Of a DNA stretch of 64,000 nt, positions 25,249 through 35,854 are shown one piece after another. The first letter of the stretch is position 1; each line of letters opens with the position of its first letter. Origin of the DNA: a virus (taxonomy: Duplodnaviria; Caudoviricetes); the IMG/VR virus record IMGVR_UViG_2744054517_000003, positions 43,634-107,633 of that record, one strand, 5' to 3'. The translations under genes and the position numbers were made by a program. The notes beneath the pieces were generated by a model. It worked only from the letters and a program-made list of their open reading frames with translations, had not been told where the DNA came from and did not search any database.

Positions 25249-27744
25249 TTAGTCCAATGTGAACTCTAAGTAGATATTCACTTCATTGTTACTCCCACCA
25301 GATACGATAAATTTACCGTCTGCATTTATTAGAACGGCAGCAAATACGTCTGTAGTCGTATAAGAATGTACGGGGCGAACCTGACCTACAAGCGGCCTAT
25401 ATCCTTCGGGCAGAATCATAAACGGCTGGCCTATTACACCGCTTTTAATCCTGGCCTTAACTTGTACCTTATTGTCAATTTTACGGTAACCCAGCACCCC
25501 CATACTTACCCACCCATTAAGTAACGTAGTTGGCGTAATCCATGCAGGGTTATCTTTGTCAGCCTTCTTGTTCTCCAGCACCGACACCCGCGCTGTGTTT
25601 TGCTGTACGCTGTCCACTAGGTCCGCAAGTAGCGTTTTTTCGTTGGCTGCGTAGCTGCCTGCGAATGGTACGACTGGTGATGGATCAAGCATCATGTACG
25701 TGACGCTGTAGGCGGCTGTTATATCGTGTTTTGAATCACTCTGTTGAGCTAGTGCCCCCGCAGTTGTAACCTGACTATTCGTAATATTCCACGAACTACT
25801 GTCATTTTTGTTGTTTCTGTACACCACCAGTATTCGGGAAGTTTTATACCTAAGCAAATTCGAGGCGGCGTAGTTTGCGTTATTTATGTTCCAGTATTTA
25901 TTGGGTTCCTGATACGGATCAATTCGCTCGCGCAACACAATCCCCGTACCTACTTCAATCTGATTATCGCCCTCAATAAAGGTTAGTTGCCCTTCTGAAA
26001 CAATAGGATCTACTGTAGGAGTAGCGAGTTGGTATACAAGTTGGTACGGTGTGTATCCTGCATATGCTTGTGTCGGTACGGATTGGGTAAAGTTGGGGGC
26101 GCCCACGCGTTGCACCCAATACTTAGTGCCTGTACCATTCCACGTTGCCGTGGTCATGGATTGGGCGTTTGCGGGTGTGATCGTGTTAGCGTCATACGCC
26201 TTGTAGCCAAAAAAGTATGCTTTGATGTCGTCCTGCGTTGGACTATAATTATCGTCCCATCCACTGTCAGCAACACCGATACCAATATAGATGTCTCCTG
26301 CTGCGGTGACTGCGTTCGTGTCGGCTGTGTTGCCCGTGCTGCCTTGTGGCATTATTTTCCCATCAAACTTAGTGGCAATCCCACTTGCTGCCACAGCACC
26401 AGCCGCAAGGCCTACTATTTTTACTTGTCTGACTCCAGCAGTAGCAGCGGCATCACCAAGCACCCACGCCCTGCTGCCATCAATCGTTAATCCCTGCCAC
26501 TTCTTGGACTTGAAGTATTGCCCGTCACGTTCAAAAACTGTATCAGCATTAGCTCCTGTAACTGGATCGGCGTACAGGTCTGTTTGCAGCGCCAGCATGG
26601 AATCTTCGCGTGGTTTGAATGGCTTGGCTGTGCTACCGATGTTAAGCATAATGTCCGAAAGCGTTATTTCTTCCGTGGATGTCCCTAACAAACGGATTAC
26701 TATACCATTAGTGCCCGCAGGAACTGTGAATGTGTACGAGATACGTCCACTACCTGTTACACTACCGATGACCGCAGTCTCATTTTGTGTATTTACATGT
26801 ATTCTGCCCGTTGCCCCACTTGACTGACCGGAAACAGTGTAAATTTGCCCAGGAACTAGCGATGAGATGGAAGCTATTATTATATTGGAAGAAGAAACGA
26901 CAACGCTTTGACCGTCTTTAATAATAGGCGTTCCAACCCTATCATTCCAAGAATAAAAAGAATGAGGGGCGAGGTTTTCTCCGTATCGTATCGCATATGG
27001 ATTTCGTACAGGCATTACACTGTCTACGTAAGGCCATTTAACAGCCGCTTGCGCTGGCGTTAGGGTCGCCGCTGCTGCATAGTCTGCTTCGCTTATCTCG
27101 TAAACACGAACACTGTCCATGTTAAACGTGCTGCCAGCCGCACCTGTGCCTGTAATGGTCAAGACGTGGAAAAAATCAGTAGCTGCAAACCGCACGACTG
27201 ATGGAGCAAAGGCAGAAGCTGAATTCACTTCATTACCCGTTGCACCAGCAATACCATTTATAGATATGGCCACTTTGCTGGTGTTTCCGTTTTTCACATC
27301 AGCAATGGCTACATACTTTTTACCGGGCGTGGTTAAAAAGCTTGCTGAAGCTGTAGCGGGTACAGAACCTAGCGTAAGCTTAAAACTGCTGGTCCCGCTG
27401 GTTTTGTTGGCTGTATCTACCGCGATAGTCGTGTTAGAAGACCACAATCCTACGTTTTCGCAATTCCCCATCCGCCCGAGCAGATTTACCAACATACGAC
27501 CTGTCAGCCCGGAAAGCTGGAATAAGGTTGACTTGGCAGCATTGATGATCTGTACGCCTGGCTGAAGCGTTACATCCTGACGAGATATAGTATTAAGACG
27601 TTCTTTAACCTCATCCATACCGCCAGCAAAACCGTCTATCTTCTCCCAGTTGTCATTCATCATCGTTTTCACATCGAAGAAATCGTTACCGTCTGCCACT
27701 GGGTCTTTCATGTATAAGCCTAACTTAGGTGTATTACTAGCCAA
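25249..27744 (-). CDS. Tail fibre / receptor-binding protein
   Basis: NDNWEKID N-terminus, beta-rich domains, LPEGYRP C-terminus. Confidence 0.8.
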   Translation of the reverse strand: MASNTPKLGLYMKDPVADGNDFFDVKTMMNDNWEKIDGFAGGMDEVKERLNTISRQDVTLQPGVQIINAAKSTLFQLSGLTGRMLVNLLGRMGNCENVGLWSSNTTIAVDTANKTSGTSSFKLTLGSVPATASASFLTTPGKKYVAIADVKNGNTSKVAISINGIAGATGNEVNSASAFAPSVVRFAATDFFHVLTITGTGAAGSTFNMDSVRVYEISEADYAAAATLTPAQAAVKWPYVDSVMPVRNPYAIRYGENLAPHSFYSWNDRVGTPIIKDGQSVVVSSSNIIIASISSLVPGQIYTVSGQSSGATGRIHVNTQNETAVIGSVTGSGRISYTFTVPAGTNGIVIRLLGTSTEEITLSDIMLNIGSTAKPFKPREDSMLALQTDLYADPVTGANADTVFERDGQYFKSKKWQGLTIDGSRAWVLGDAAATAGVRQVKIVGLAAGAVAASGIATKFDGKIMPQGSTGNTADTNAVTAAGDIYIGIGVADSGWDDNYSPTQDDIKAYFFGYKAYDANTITPANAQSMTTATWNGTGTKYWVQRVGAPNFTQSVPTQAYAGYTPYQLVYQLATPTVDPIVSEGQLTFIEGDNQIEVGTGIVLRERIDPYQEPNKYWNINNANYAASNLLRYKTSRILVVYRNNKNDSSSWNITNSQVTTAGALAQQSDSKHDITAAYSVTYMMLDPSPVVPFAGSYAANEKTLLADLVDSVQQNTARVSVLENKKADKDNPAWITPTTLLNGWVSMGVLGYRKIDNKVQVKARIKSGVIGQPFMILPEGYRPLVGQVRPVHSYTTTDVFAAVLINADGKFIVSGGSNNEVNIYLEFTLD

Positions 27745-28285
27745 TCGGTACACCTCCTGCAAAATTGTTTAATGGTGTTTTATTTATTTCATTTATCCGC
27801 ATTACATGGTGTATTTCACGAATAACCAAATATCGAAATTTATATCGCACTTCTAAATGTGCTGGTTTTATTTCCTCGATAGCGTCTTTCAAATCCTGTA
27901 GATTTGGCGGTATACCTAGCGTCCCGATAAAGCGAATTACAAAATAGTATTCGGACGGAAACACAGTTACATCAACCTCGCCACGATCATAGCTATCTGC
28001 CACATTTTTGATCATGCTTGCAGACACTTTGCCGCTACCGCGCATCTTAGAAATAACCACGCTGCGGCGCTGCTCGATTGGTTTAGAAGGCATGGAGACT
28101 ATTCTTAGATCCTTCTCCCAATACTTAATGCCCCAGGTTGCTGTTTCTGGGTGAAACTGGCGGAATGTATCAACTATTGCAGCGTTGAGATTATCGAACT
28201 CGATATCTTCCGTCTGCATTATCTCAACGAATTCTTGGATTTCCTCATAGTAATCCGGTAAGTAGGACATAAGTTTTTTAGACAT
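27737..28285 (-). CDS. Baseplate protein XkdU/YmfQ-like
   Basis: TATWGI..WE, IKPAHL. Confidence 0.85.
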   Translation of the reverse strand: MSKKLMSYLPDYYEEIQEFVEIMQTEDIEFDNLNAAIVDTFRQFHPETATWGIKYWEKDLRIVSMPSKPIEQRRSVVISKMRGSGKVSASMIKNVADSYDRGEVDVTVFPSEYYFVIRFIGTLGIPPNLQDLKDAIEEIKPAHLEVRYKFRYLVIREIHHVMRINEINKTPLNNFAGGVPIG

Positions 28286-29345
28286 GTACATCCACCGTCC
28301 CGAGCACAGCAACCGAATCCAAAGGCACCTGAATATTGCTGGTCACTCCGTTAATGGTTAAATCGAAATAATCGATCACGGGTGGCACATCCAATATAAA
28401 GTTGGCAATCCGCGTAATCCGTACCAGGGTATCTGTATCGTTAAAAGCTAATCCCTCCAGATACTTTGAAATGCTGACCTTCAGTTGTTCTTTTACATCG
28501 TCCGTTGTCGCATCCCTAGCCAATTGAACCCGCACAATAATGTTAATAGGCACTTCTCCAGCACCTACAACCGTGACAATCGGGCCGATAGGAGCTACGC
28601 CTTCTCCATGTCCATCTTGGGTAGGATCAATATACGTCTGTACTGCTTGTACAACAGCAGGTGAAGGTGTTCGTTTCTCATTGTTGAGAATTACAACCTT
28701 AACTGTGCCGTTCCCATTCCAGAGCGGAAATACTTTTGCATCACCTACCCCAGATACTTCCCGAGCCCATACAACGTACTGGTTTTTATTTGCGCTAGTG
28801 ATCGGCTTTGTAACTTTGTCCTGGTAACGGTCATAAAGGGCTTCGCCCGACTCTACATCTTCCCCAGACACCAATAAGTCAACCAGTTCAGCTTTTGCTA
28901 ACTTGTCTATAAAATCTATAGGCAATAGCGAACCTGAATATTTATTGCCTATAGCACCAGCAGTCTCACACTCAACTGCAAATTGCCCAACCCCCAACTT
29001 ACTTTTGACAACATAGTTCAAGTCTTCTATGGAGTAACGACTTCCGATCGGCACATCCATAAGTTCATTTTGGTTGTTGTAAAACTTGCCCCGCCACTGA
29101 GCGTTGGTTGCTTCTTTCCGAACTATGCCGGACCAAGCTACCGATTTATCTAGTTCCTCTCCATTCTCCGGCGCAGGGAAACGGAGACTACGCTCGATTT
29201 CTAAATTTACATACATTTGGGCTAATTCGTTTGCTGCAGGTGCCAGAGCATCATAAATAACGCTCCCTTCCCGTTTATCCATGATATCTGGTATACGGGC
29301 CAGCAGACGTTCTAATATGACCTCTTCTGTTTGATCCTCATACAA
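28278..29345 (-). CDS. xkdT: Baseplate J-like protein
   Basis: DKREGSVIYDALAP, PLWNGNGTVKV. Confidence 0.9.
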   Translation of the reverse strand: MYEDQTEEVILERLLARIPDIMDKREGSVIYDALAPAANELAQMYVNLEIERSLRFPAPENGEELDKSVAWSGIVRKEATNAQWRGKFYNNQNELMDVPIGSRYSIEDLNYVVKSKLGVGQFAVECETAGAIGNKYSGSLLPIDFIDKLAKAELVDLLVSGEDVESGEALYDRYQDKVTKPITSANKNQYVVWAREVSGVGDAKVFPLWNGNGTVKVVILNNEKRTPSPAVVQAVQTYIDPTQDGHGEGVAPIGPIVTVVGAGEVPINIIVRVQLARDATTDDVKEQLKVSISKYLEGLAFNDTDTLVRITRIANFILDVPPVIDYFDLTINGVTSNIQVPLDSVAVLGTVDVHV

Positions 29346-29745
29346 TGCCGCCCACCCCCGTTTCATTAACAAAATTACCTTGCGTTGTTACGACTTCATA
29401 CTCTGCTAAGACATCGCTACCGTTAAAAGTGAATTGAAAATCTCGCACATCCGTAATCCGGTCATCCGCCAGGAGCGCTTCACGGACCAACCGTTTTAAT
29501 TCAGTCTGCACAAATAACCGGCTCTGCCCTTGCAGCCGGTCTATCTCAGCTCCATAATCGTCGGAGTATATTAGGTTTTCATAACGTAATGTCTGAAGTA
29601 TCTTATACACCACTTGCCGCATAGCCTCCAGACCGTCTACAATGCCACGTGCGCGACCATTCGTGAAGTCTAAGGCATATGTCTTGGTAGGCATTTCTTC
29701 TTCCTCAATTTCCTCGTCTACGATGCTACCGCCCTCTGGAATCAT
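29338..29745 (-). CDS. xkdS: XkdS-like baseplate wedge protein
   Basis: IYSDDYGAE, EALLADDRI. Confidence 0.85.
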   Translation of the reverse strand: MIPEGGSIVDEEIEEEEMPTKTYALDFTNGRARGIVDGLEAMRQVVYKILQTLRYENLIYSDDYGAEIDRLQGQSRLFVQTELKRLVREALLADDRITDVRDFQFTFNGSDVLAEYEVVTTQGNFVNETGVGGIV

Positions 29746-30101
29746 GGTTTCACCAACTTATCTATAACGGCGAATTGCTGGCCGCCCTGCATGCGTTGTA
29801 AAAGCACAGCGTCACCGATCTTGAGTCCTTCACGGATAACCAGTACATCAGGTAACGCGGTTTGGGTGGTCTTTGTAGCTGTTTCCGTTGGTGTCTCATC
29901 TTTGTAAACGTGACTATGTGTAAGACTAACCTCGTACCGAGTTACTCGTTCCGTGACAAGCAAGAAATCTTCATCCAGTACCAAACGTTGGTCCACTGTA
30001 ATTTCAAGTGGTGCAACGCCTGTCACTTGTCCAACCATCCCTGTGGATGGCTTGGATGCCTCAACGCTGCTTAAAGCTATTTGTTGCAATTGTTTGATCA
30101 A
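29742..30101 (-). CDS. xkdR: XkdR-like protein
   Basis: GLKIGDAV...QGGQQF. Confidence 0.8.
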   Translation of the reverse strand: MIKQLQQIALSSVEASKPSTGMVGQVTGVAPLEITVDQRLVLDEDFLLVTERVTRYEVSLTHSHVYKDETPTETATKTTQTALPDVLVIREGLKIGDAVLLQRMQGGQQFAVIDKLVKP

Positions 30102-31100
30102 TTAAATCACCTTCAATTCGAGTGACATGGTATGTTCTAAACCCGAAAATTTATGTGTACATGAATCTACCAAGTAAACTTGGCTTACTTTCAAATCATC
30201 AATAAACACAGGCACATAACAACCTGCCCGTATACTTAAATCCCCCATAGCATCTATACTCAAGCTCTTACTTTCCCGGTTGTGTAAGGTGAGCAAGTTT
30301 TGCGCCTTTTGCTTAATCTGTGCCGCGTTCATTTTTTCGTCTACCTTGTCGTACAGCTGGAGCTTACCCCACTTTTTGATATTGTTGCTGTCCTGGTAGA
30401 CGTAAGCATCTCGTTTACCGCTCTCTTTATTATCCCGCACCAGTTTAACGTAGTTGTATGTCTCGCTGTCTATGGACCGTTTAAGCGCGTATCCGGTCAT
30501 TAGACTGCCGTCACCCACTGAAACAGATACAAGCATATCAGCGGCCCGTTTAAGGGCCAGAGCGCCAAAGTCGTCATAGAATACATAGATTGATCCGGTA
30601 GACATGAGCGTTTGGTCGATAGCCTTGTAAATGATATCTAATAGCTTTTGGTTGTCTTCGACCATAGCCGGGATTTTATATCCTGTATCAGCAATCATCC
30701 CGGTCTTAAGTTTGAAGTCCTCCGCAATGCGCTTGATAACCGCCCCGGCCGTTAAGTTTTTGAACACATAGGTATCGTTGGCATTGAGATACCTTATTTG
30801 GTCGTACGCAGTAATCTTCATGTCGGATTTCTCCGACTGTTCCACCGAAAACACATAGCCGTAAAATATCTTGTACTTGCCTTTGGTAATCCGGACAATA
30901 TCCCCGTTCTGCACCTTAAACTTTTTGTTTTGATAGATTCCATCCTTAACAAGCGTGATATCTACGCTCCCTGGGCTCCCAGTGCGTTCTGTTTTCCAGG
31001 TAAGCTCAGATACCAACCCCGATGCATTTTCCTTCCCGGCTAAGGCCTCGCCAGATACCTGCCAGACATTGCCGTCACGGTTGTCTATAAAAATGTCCAT
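30102..31100 (-). CDS. xkdQ: XkdQ-like baseplate hub
   Basis: AYDQIRYL, YDDFG, WGKLQ. Confidence 0.85.
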   Translation of the reverse strand: MDIFIDNRDGNVWQVSGEALAGKENASGLVSELTWKTERTGSPGSVDITLVKDGIYQNKKFKVQNGDIVRITKGKYKIFYGYVFSVEQSEKSDMKITAYDQIRYLNANDTYVFKNLTAGAVIKRIAEDFKLKTGMIADTGYKIPAMVEDNQKLLDIIYKAIDQTLMSTGSIYVFYDDFGALALKRAADMLVSVSVGDGSLMTGYALKRSIDSETYNYVKLVRDNKESGKRDAYVYQDSNNIKKWGKLQLYDKVDEKMNAAQIKQKAQNLLTLHNRESKSLSIDAMGDLSIRAGCYVPVFIDDLKVSQVYLVDSCTHKFSGLEHTMSLELKVI

Positions 31101-31104
31101 GCCA

Positions 31105-31812
31105 TCACCCCGGCAGTCTTAGCACTTGCCCAACCTTGAGCCGTTTGGCCTGTGCGTTCGTAATCTTATTGAGTGTTTGTATCTCTTTGTAACGGGAACC
31201 GTCACCTAGATTCTTCTTAGCGATAATCCAAAGCGTATCCCCGGCCTTGACCTTGACCGTTTTGGGCTTAACCTTCTCGTTGGGCCGCTTGGCCTTCGCC
31301 TTGGTGGTTGTCGTCTTTTTTGCGCCTGTCTTGGTTGTGGTCTGCTTTACCTTGGCCTGCACCGCATTATAAAAAACGTATTTCTTAAATGTGATGGTGT
31401 ATTCGATATCCGACGTGCCGGCAACTGGCTTCCATTCAAATTCTTCAATGGTCACCGGCATATTTATAGCTATCTCTTGCGGACTCTTTTGTGCGCCTGG
31501 GTCAAAACTTATCGCAGAATAAATAAAGCGGATGGGCCGCTTGGTGTCCATCCACTTAGTGATTAGTGCGATATATTCAGGTATAGGAAGCAATTCGTCA
31601 CCGTTAACGAAAGGATACAGTTGCCCCGGCAGGAAGCTTGAGAACGATATTTCCGTGAGCTTCCGTGACTGAATCGCGTTGATCTCGCCCCCGTCCACAA
31701 TTTTAAATGTGGAACCGTCTCCAGCCTCTTTGATACTCATTTCAGGCGGATTGACCGGAATACGAAATGCTTCTTCCCCGTTGTTGTAGCTTAGTAGTAT
31801 GGCGTGTTCCAT
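31105..31812 (-). CDS. xkdP: XkdP-like LysM tail protein
   Basis: PVNP N-terminus, VKAGDTLWIIA LysM. Confidence 0.85.
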   Translation of the reverse strand: MEHAILLSYNNGEEAFRIPVNPPEMSIKEAGDGSTFKIVDGGEINAIQSRKLTEISFSSFLPGQLYPFVNGDELLPIPEYIALITKWMDTKRPIRFIYSAISFDPGAQKSPQEIAINMPVTIEEFEWKPVAGTSDIEYTITFKKYVFYNAVQAKVKQTTTKTGAKKTTTTKAKAKRPNEKVKPKTVKVKAGDTLWIIAKKNLGDGSRYKEIQTLNKITNAQAKRLKVGQVLRLPG

Positions 31813-34292
31813 TAGGTGTACACCCCCTGTGCTGTTGAGACAAACTGTTCTTCCAGATGATCACCAATCTTTTTGATGATCGTATCTACATCAGCCCCAT
31901 TGTTTATATCGCCTGTTTTAACCTGCACTGTAGGCGTAAGAGTAACAAAGTTTTGGATTGACTTCATTTCTGCGATATCCCGCATGACCTTTAAATCCTC
32001 TGATGAGATATCCACCTTGTCCTCGATCTTTCCGACTTTATCTACCTTGCCAATGTTTTTCTTTTTGCCATCGCCAGCATTAGCTTTTTTAGCTGCGTCA
32101 GCTGCCGCGTTCCATTTAGTGAAGTCAAAAGGCTTGTCTGCCTTAGGATTAGCAGCAGCCTTTTGTTTCCTACGATCCATATCACGTTTACGGATATAGT
32201 CCATGGTGTCGTCTTGACGTTTTTTGGCTTTAGCGTCTGCCTTGGATTCCATTGCTGCAATCTTAGCTGCAGAGTCGTTTCGAAATTTATCAGCAGATAT
32301 CTTGGAATCATCAGCGAACCGAGTTTGACTAACAAAATTGATATCCGTCATTCCTGTGCTGTTTAGAGCACTAATCATGTCATTCACTTTGTCTATCACA
32401 CCATTGGCCATGTCTTGCATTGTTTGCATAACACTAGCTTTTGCATCCAAAAATGCTTGAGCAATACCCACACCAACTTTTACAAAGAAGATTGGGACTT
32501 GGTCAAAAAAGTTCAATACTTCATTCCACTTTAGCAACATTGCCGCCGCTACCATATCGTTAGTTGTATAAACTTCATACATCCACGTCACTATAGCAAC
32601 CAACACTGTCAGGATGGCAATAAACACGTTTGCTTTCATTGTTGCGTTTAAAGTTGCCCATGCTGCAGAGAGCCCACGAGTAACTAACGTTTGGGCAAAG
32701 ATCATAGCTGTACTACTTCCTGTAGCAAAAGCAATAATCCCTTGGGTAACTGCTACAGCCTTCATTGCGAGGTTCCAAGCGATAAACGCTGCTGCCACTC
32801 CTTTAACAATAGGAGCTATGTTCTGCCAATTGCTTGATATGAATCCATATACCTGTGATAGCGCATTAAAAACTTTAATCGCATTTTGTACTACCCAATC
32901 TAAACCCTTGCTGAGGTTAGCAAAAAAGGCGTCGAATTTTCCTTGTTGAAAGGCATTGTTTAGCATTTGGATTATGGGCAGGAGCGACTTAGTAGCAGCG
33001 CCACCAGCATCCGCAAACATGGATCTTACGTTGTTCTTCATGATCTCTAACTGTTTGGCTGGACTTGCCAGCATAGTATCAAATGCTTTTTGCCCCATCT
33101 TTTGAGATTCCAACAACTTGTCAAAACCTTTGATAAAACCGTCAATATCGCCTTTTTTAGCAAAGTCCACGATGCCAGATGCTCTAATGTCGGATTTACC
33201 CATGTTAAAACGTTCAGCCAGAGAAACAATGTCGCCGCTCAATGCTTCCTTAAGGGCGAAGGCAGCTCCTTCCATACCATTCCCGGCACTATCGAAGGCA
33301 TTCAATCGCTGAGCAAGGTTATTCAGTTTATCCAGTTGATCAACGTTTTGCGTAGCTGAGAAAAACGATAGGCTGGCTTGAAGAGATTCATTTACATCTT
33401 GCCCAGCCGCCAACGCATTTTTCTTGAATCGTTCAAACATAGCTTTACCCACGTCTTCCTGACCTGTACGAGCAACAAACATATCCTGCATTTTCTGCTG
33501 CTCCATCGCGCCGCCCACTGTAGCGCTAAACAATTCCTTAAGCCCTTGCATTGATAAGTAGGCTGCTGCCATACCTTTTAGGTTAGCCAGCAAACCAGAT
33601 GAAGCTCCTTCGCCTCTTCTCAAGCTTCCGTTTATTTGCTCTTGCAATTGGGCTATTTTTCTTTCTAAATCTGCTATCCGCTGTAAAGCGTTTTGGAGTT
33701 CAGCAGCATTGGCTCCGCTAGTAGTCCGTAATTGCCGTACTACTCTAATTAGCCTTAATACAAGCATCTGTAAGTTTCCGAACATTGCTTGCAGGGCTAT
33801 CGGTAATTCGACCTGTATACGGGCGTGTATATGGCGCAACTGGTTTTCGATTTGTTGACGAATACGTCTCGCTTGGCTGATAACATCCCCGGCATTCAGT
33901 GTTATGTCTACAACCGACCTAGTAAACATTGTCCTAATGCGGTCGCGTATAAGCGATACTTCCCTTAATACGTCCGCTGAATTTATGATGATGCTTACAA
34001 CAGACCCCGAACCCATCTGTCGGATGTGGTTCTTAACGACTTCAAGCTCTCGGATAGCATTCGCGGCGTCAATGTGGATCAATATCCTGTCATTTATAGC
34101 TTGCAGAGCACGTTGTACAGCGTTTAATTGCTGAATAGCGTTACTGCCATCTGCGCTGATCCGTATGTTGTTTCGTGCAATTGCTTGCAACCGCTCCATA
34201 TGGCGTGTCGCATTATCTACTGCTTGATTTACTGAGTTCAACCGCTGTGAGAAATTATCAAATAACTGGAGACTCGCTGATACAGTTGCCAT
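31812..34292 (-). CDS. Tape measure protein
   Basis: 826 aa helical, position after chaperone. Confidence 0.85.
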   Translation of the reverse strand: MATVSASLQLFDNFSQRLNSVNQAVDNATRHMERLQAIARNNIRISADGSNAIQQLNAVQRALQAINDRILIHIDAANAIRELEVVKNHIRQMGSGSVVSIIINSADVLREVSLIRDRIRTMFTRSVVDITLNAGDVISQARRIRQQIENQLRHIHARIQVELPIALQAMFGNLQMLVLRLIRVVRQLRTTSGANAAELQNALQRIADLERKIAQLQEQINGSLRRGEGASSGLLANLKGMAAAYLSMQGLKELFSATVGGAMEQQKMQDMFVARTGQEDVGKAMFERFKKNALAAGQDVNESLQASLSFFSATQNVDQLDKLNNLAQRLNAFDSAGNGMEGAAFALKEALSGDIVSLAERFNMGKSDIRASGIVDFAKKGDIDGFIKGFDKLLESQKMGQKAFDTMLASPAKQLEIMKNNVRSMFADAGGAATKSLLPIIQMLNNAFQQGKFDAFFANLSKGLDWVVQNAIKVFNALSQVYGFISSNWQNIAPIVKGVAAAFIAWNLAMKAVAVTQGIIAFATGSSTAMIFAQTLVTRGLSAAWATLNATMKANVFIAILTVLVAIVTWMYEVYTTNDMVAAAMLLKWNEVLNFFDQVPIFFVKVGVGIAQAFLDAKASVMQTMQDMANGVIDKVNDMISALNSTGMTDINFVSQTRFADDSKISADKFRNDSAAKIAAMESKADAKAKKRQDDTMDYIRKRDMDRRKQKAAANPKADKPFDFTKWNAAADAAKKANAGDGKKKNIGKVDKVGKIEDKVDISSEDLKVMRDIAEMKSIQNFVTLTPTVQVKTGDINNGADVDTIIKKIGDHLEEQFVSTAQGVYT

Positions 34293-34349
34293 AGATTCTC
34301 CTTTCTGGCATAAAAAAAGACGCCTTCATAGGCGCCTTTCTCAACCGAA

Positions 34350-34703
34350 TTATTTCAGTTCATCAAAGATTTTTTTTGCTTCTTTGTTATTGGTATTTAA
34401 AAGTATGTTGCCCTTTAATGAATACTTTTTGAGAAAAAATATTTCTTCTTGGGCCTTTTTAGCATCCTCAGGCGTGTCATACTCCATTATCTGTATAGGA
34501 CTGTTATCAAGGTATAGTATTTTGCCGTTTGAAGCTCTCCCGTTTTCAAATTGGAGTTTCCCACGCTCAATGGCCCCTGCTTCAGTATAAGCTTTTACAT
34601 AATCATCAAGAGTAGGAGTAGCCGCTTCTTCCTTAGCAGAAGAACAAGCAGAAACAATCGTTAATGAAATAACCAACAAAAATAAAGTCAGGACTTTTTT
34701 CAC
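34350..34703 (-). CDS. Lipoprotein moron in tail operon
   Basis: VSAC lipobox; own TG-N-TAAAAT and terminator 34311-34339. Confidence 0.75.
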   Translation of the reverse strand: MKKVLTLFLLVISLTIVSACSSAKEEAATPTLDDYVKAYTEAGAIERGKLQFENGRASNGKILYLDNSPIQIMEYDTPEDAKKAQEEIFFLKKYSLKGNILLNTNNKEAKKIFDELK

Positions 34704-34767
34704 AAATGACCCTCCCTGAATGGGTAGATTTTACCATCATTCTACCAAGCCATTCAGGGAACGTCTA

Positions 34768-34950
34768 TTATTTTTTCTTAGCCTTCTTTTGTGCCGCTTT
34801 CTCTTGGTCTATTCTATAAGAGATCATAGCGTAAATAGCAGCACGTTCACGCTGACTCATTGCCATGAGATCGTGCGGTAGGATATGGAGTTCATGGAGA
34901 GCGTAGTATGCAAAGGTTGCATCTGGTTCGCTCTCCTTTATGAGTTTTTT
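34768..34950 (-). CDS. -1 frameshift extension of tail assembly chaperone
   Basis: A-AAA-AAC at 34950-34944; -1 frame reads LIKESEPDATFAYYALHELHILP...KKAKKK*. Confidence 0.75.
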   Translation of the reverse strand, partial: KKLIKESEPDATFAYYALHELHILPHDLMAMSQRERAAIYAMISYRIDQEKAAQKKAKKK

Positions 34951-35360
34951 ACGTTATCCATCAGATCGTTAATGTCGCGGTCAAAACCGCTCAGCGTCTG
35001 AATACGTTCGATGAGTGTAGTATATTCCCCAGCAAGTAACATTTTTCGAATAAGGGAATCCGCGCCCATAACACCATAAGACGCTTGCAGCCCAGCATCT
35101 TTAAGGTTAGGATGAACCACTCCAGCCACAACCAATTTAGCTGAAAAGAGGTCAGAGTCAGTCTCGGTCTGGTAAACGCCTTTCACCTTTACTTTTTTAG
35201 CGGATTCCTTTCGGATTATGGATGTTTCATTCTCTGAAACGCTGCGGATCTTCCACAATAATGGTTTTCCTTCCGCATCCTTAAAACGCTCAGAAAGAGC
35301 AATCTCCTCAGTAATCTCAGATTCCACATTCTCTGCGTAAAACAAAGTCAAGTCGCTCAT
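34938..35360 (-). CDS. xkdN: XkdN-like tail assembly chaperone
   Basis: PNLKDAGLQASYGV...LLAGEY. Confidence 0.85.
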   Translation of the reverse strand: MSDLTLFYAENVESEITEEIALSERFKDAEGKPLLWKIRSVSENETSIIRKESAKKVKVKGVYQTETDSDLFSAKLVVAGVVHPNLKDAGLQASYGVMGADSLIRKMLLAGEYTTLIERIQTLSGFDRDINDLMDNVKNS

Positions 35361-35385
35361 TATATTAATCTCCTTTTAGGTTAAA

Positions 35386-35853
35386 TTAGGCTCCCAATGT
35401 AGGGGCGGTAAAGCTATCTTGAATATCCACATCATCAAAAGTAAAGTCGATATCCTCATCCAATACTTCGGAATCGGTATCGACTTTAGCCATAATGACA
35501 CTATCCAGATTTACACCTTTGAGAATTACTGTTTGTTGCCCGATAGAAGACGATGGATCGTCGTTTACCACCATGATGTCGAAGTAGGTATCAACGCCTT
35601 CTTTGATGTATTTAAGCATCAATTGACGGAAACGAGTTGTTGTATAGTAGACCGTCATACTACCGGAACCACTCCAGCCGTTGGCCTTATGTTGGGTACC
35701 ACGCTTTCCTAGGGTTTTAACATCGGTTTTTTCTTTTTCCACTGTTGCTTCCAACGACTTAATGTAGAACATTTCTTCCACATCGCCGTCAATCGTAGCG
35801 TATGCCCGGCCCTCTTGGCCGGAAATGGTATCTTTCGCTTTTAACCATGCCAT
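35386..35853 (-). CDS. xkdM: Tail tube protein
   Basis: DTISGQEG...DFTFDD. Confidence 0.9.
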   Translation of the reverse strand: MAWLKAKDTISGQEGRAYATIDGDVEEMFYIKSLEATVEKEKTDVKTLGKRGTQHKANGWSGSGSMTVYYTTTRFRQLMLKYIKEGVDTYFDIMVVNDDPSSSIGQQTVILKGVNLDSVIMAKVDTDSEVLDEDIDFTFDDVDIQDSFTAPTLGA

Positions 35854-35854
35854 A

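Noticed and set aside
24574-27744. Diversity-generating retroelement or tail-fibre invertase
   Set aside because: No reverse transcriptase, invertase or duplicated template region seen
34768-35360. Tail chaperone frameshift as a novelty
   Set aside because: Real, but the well-known lambda G/GT-type -1 frameshift
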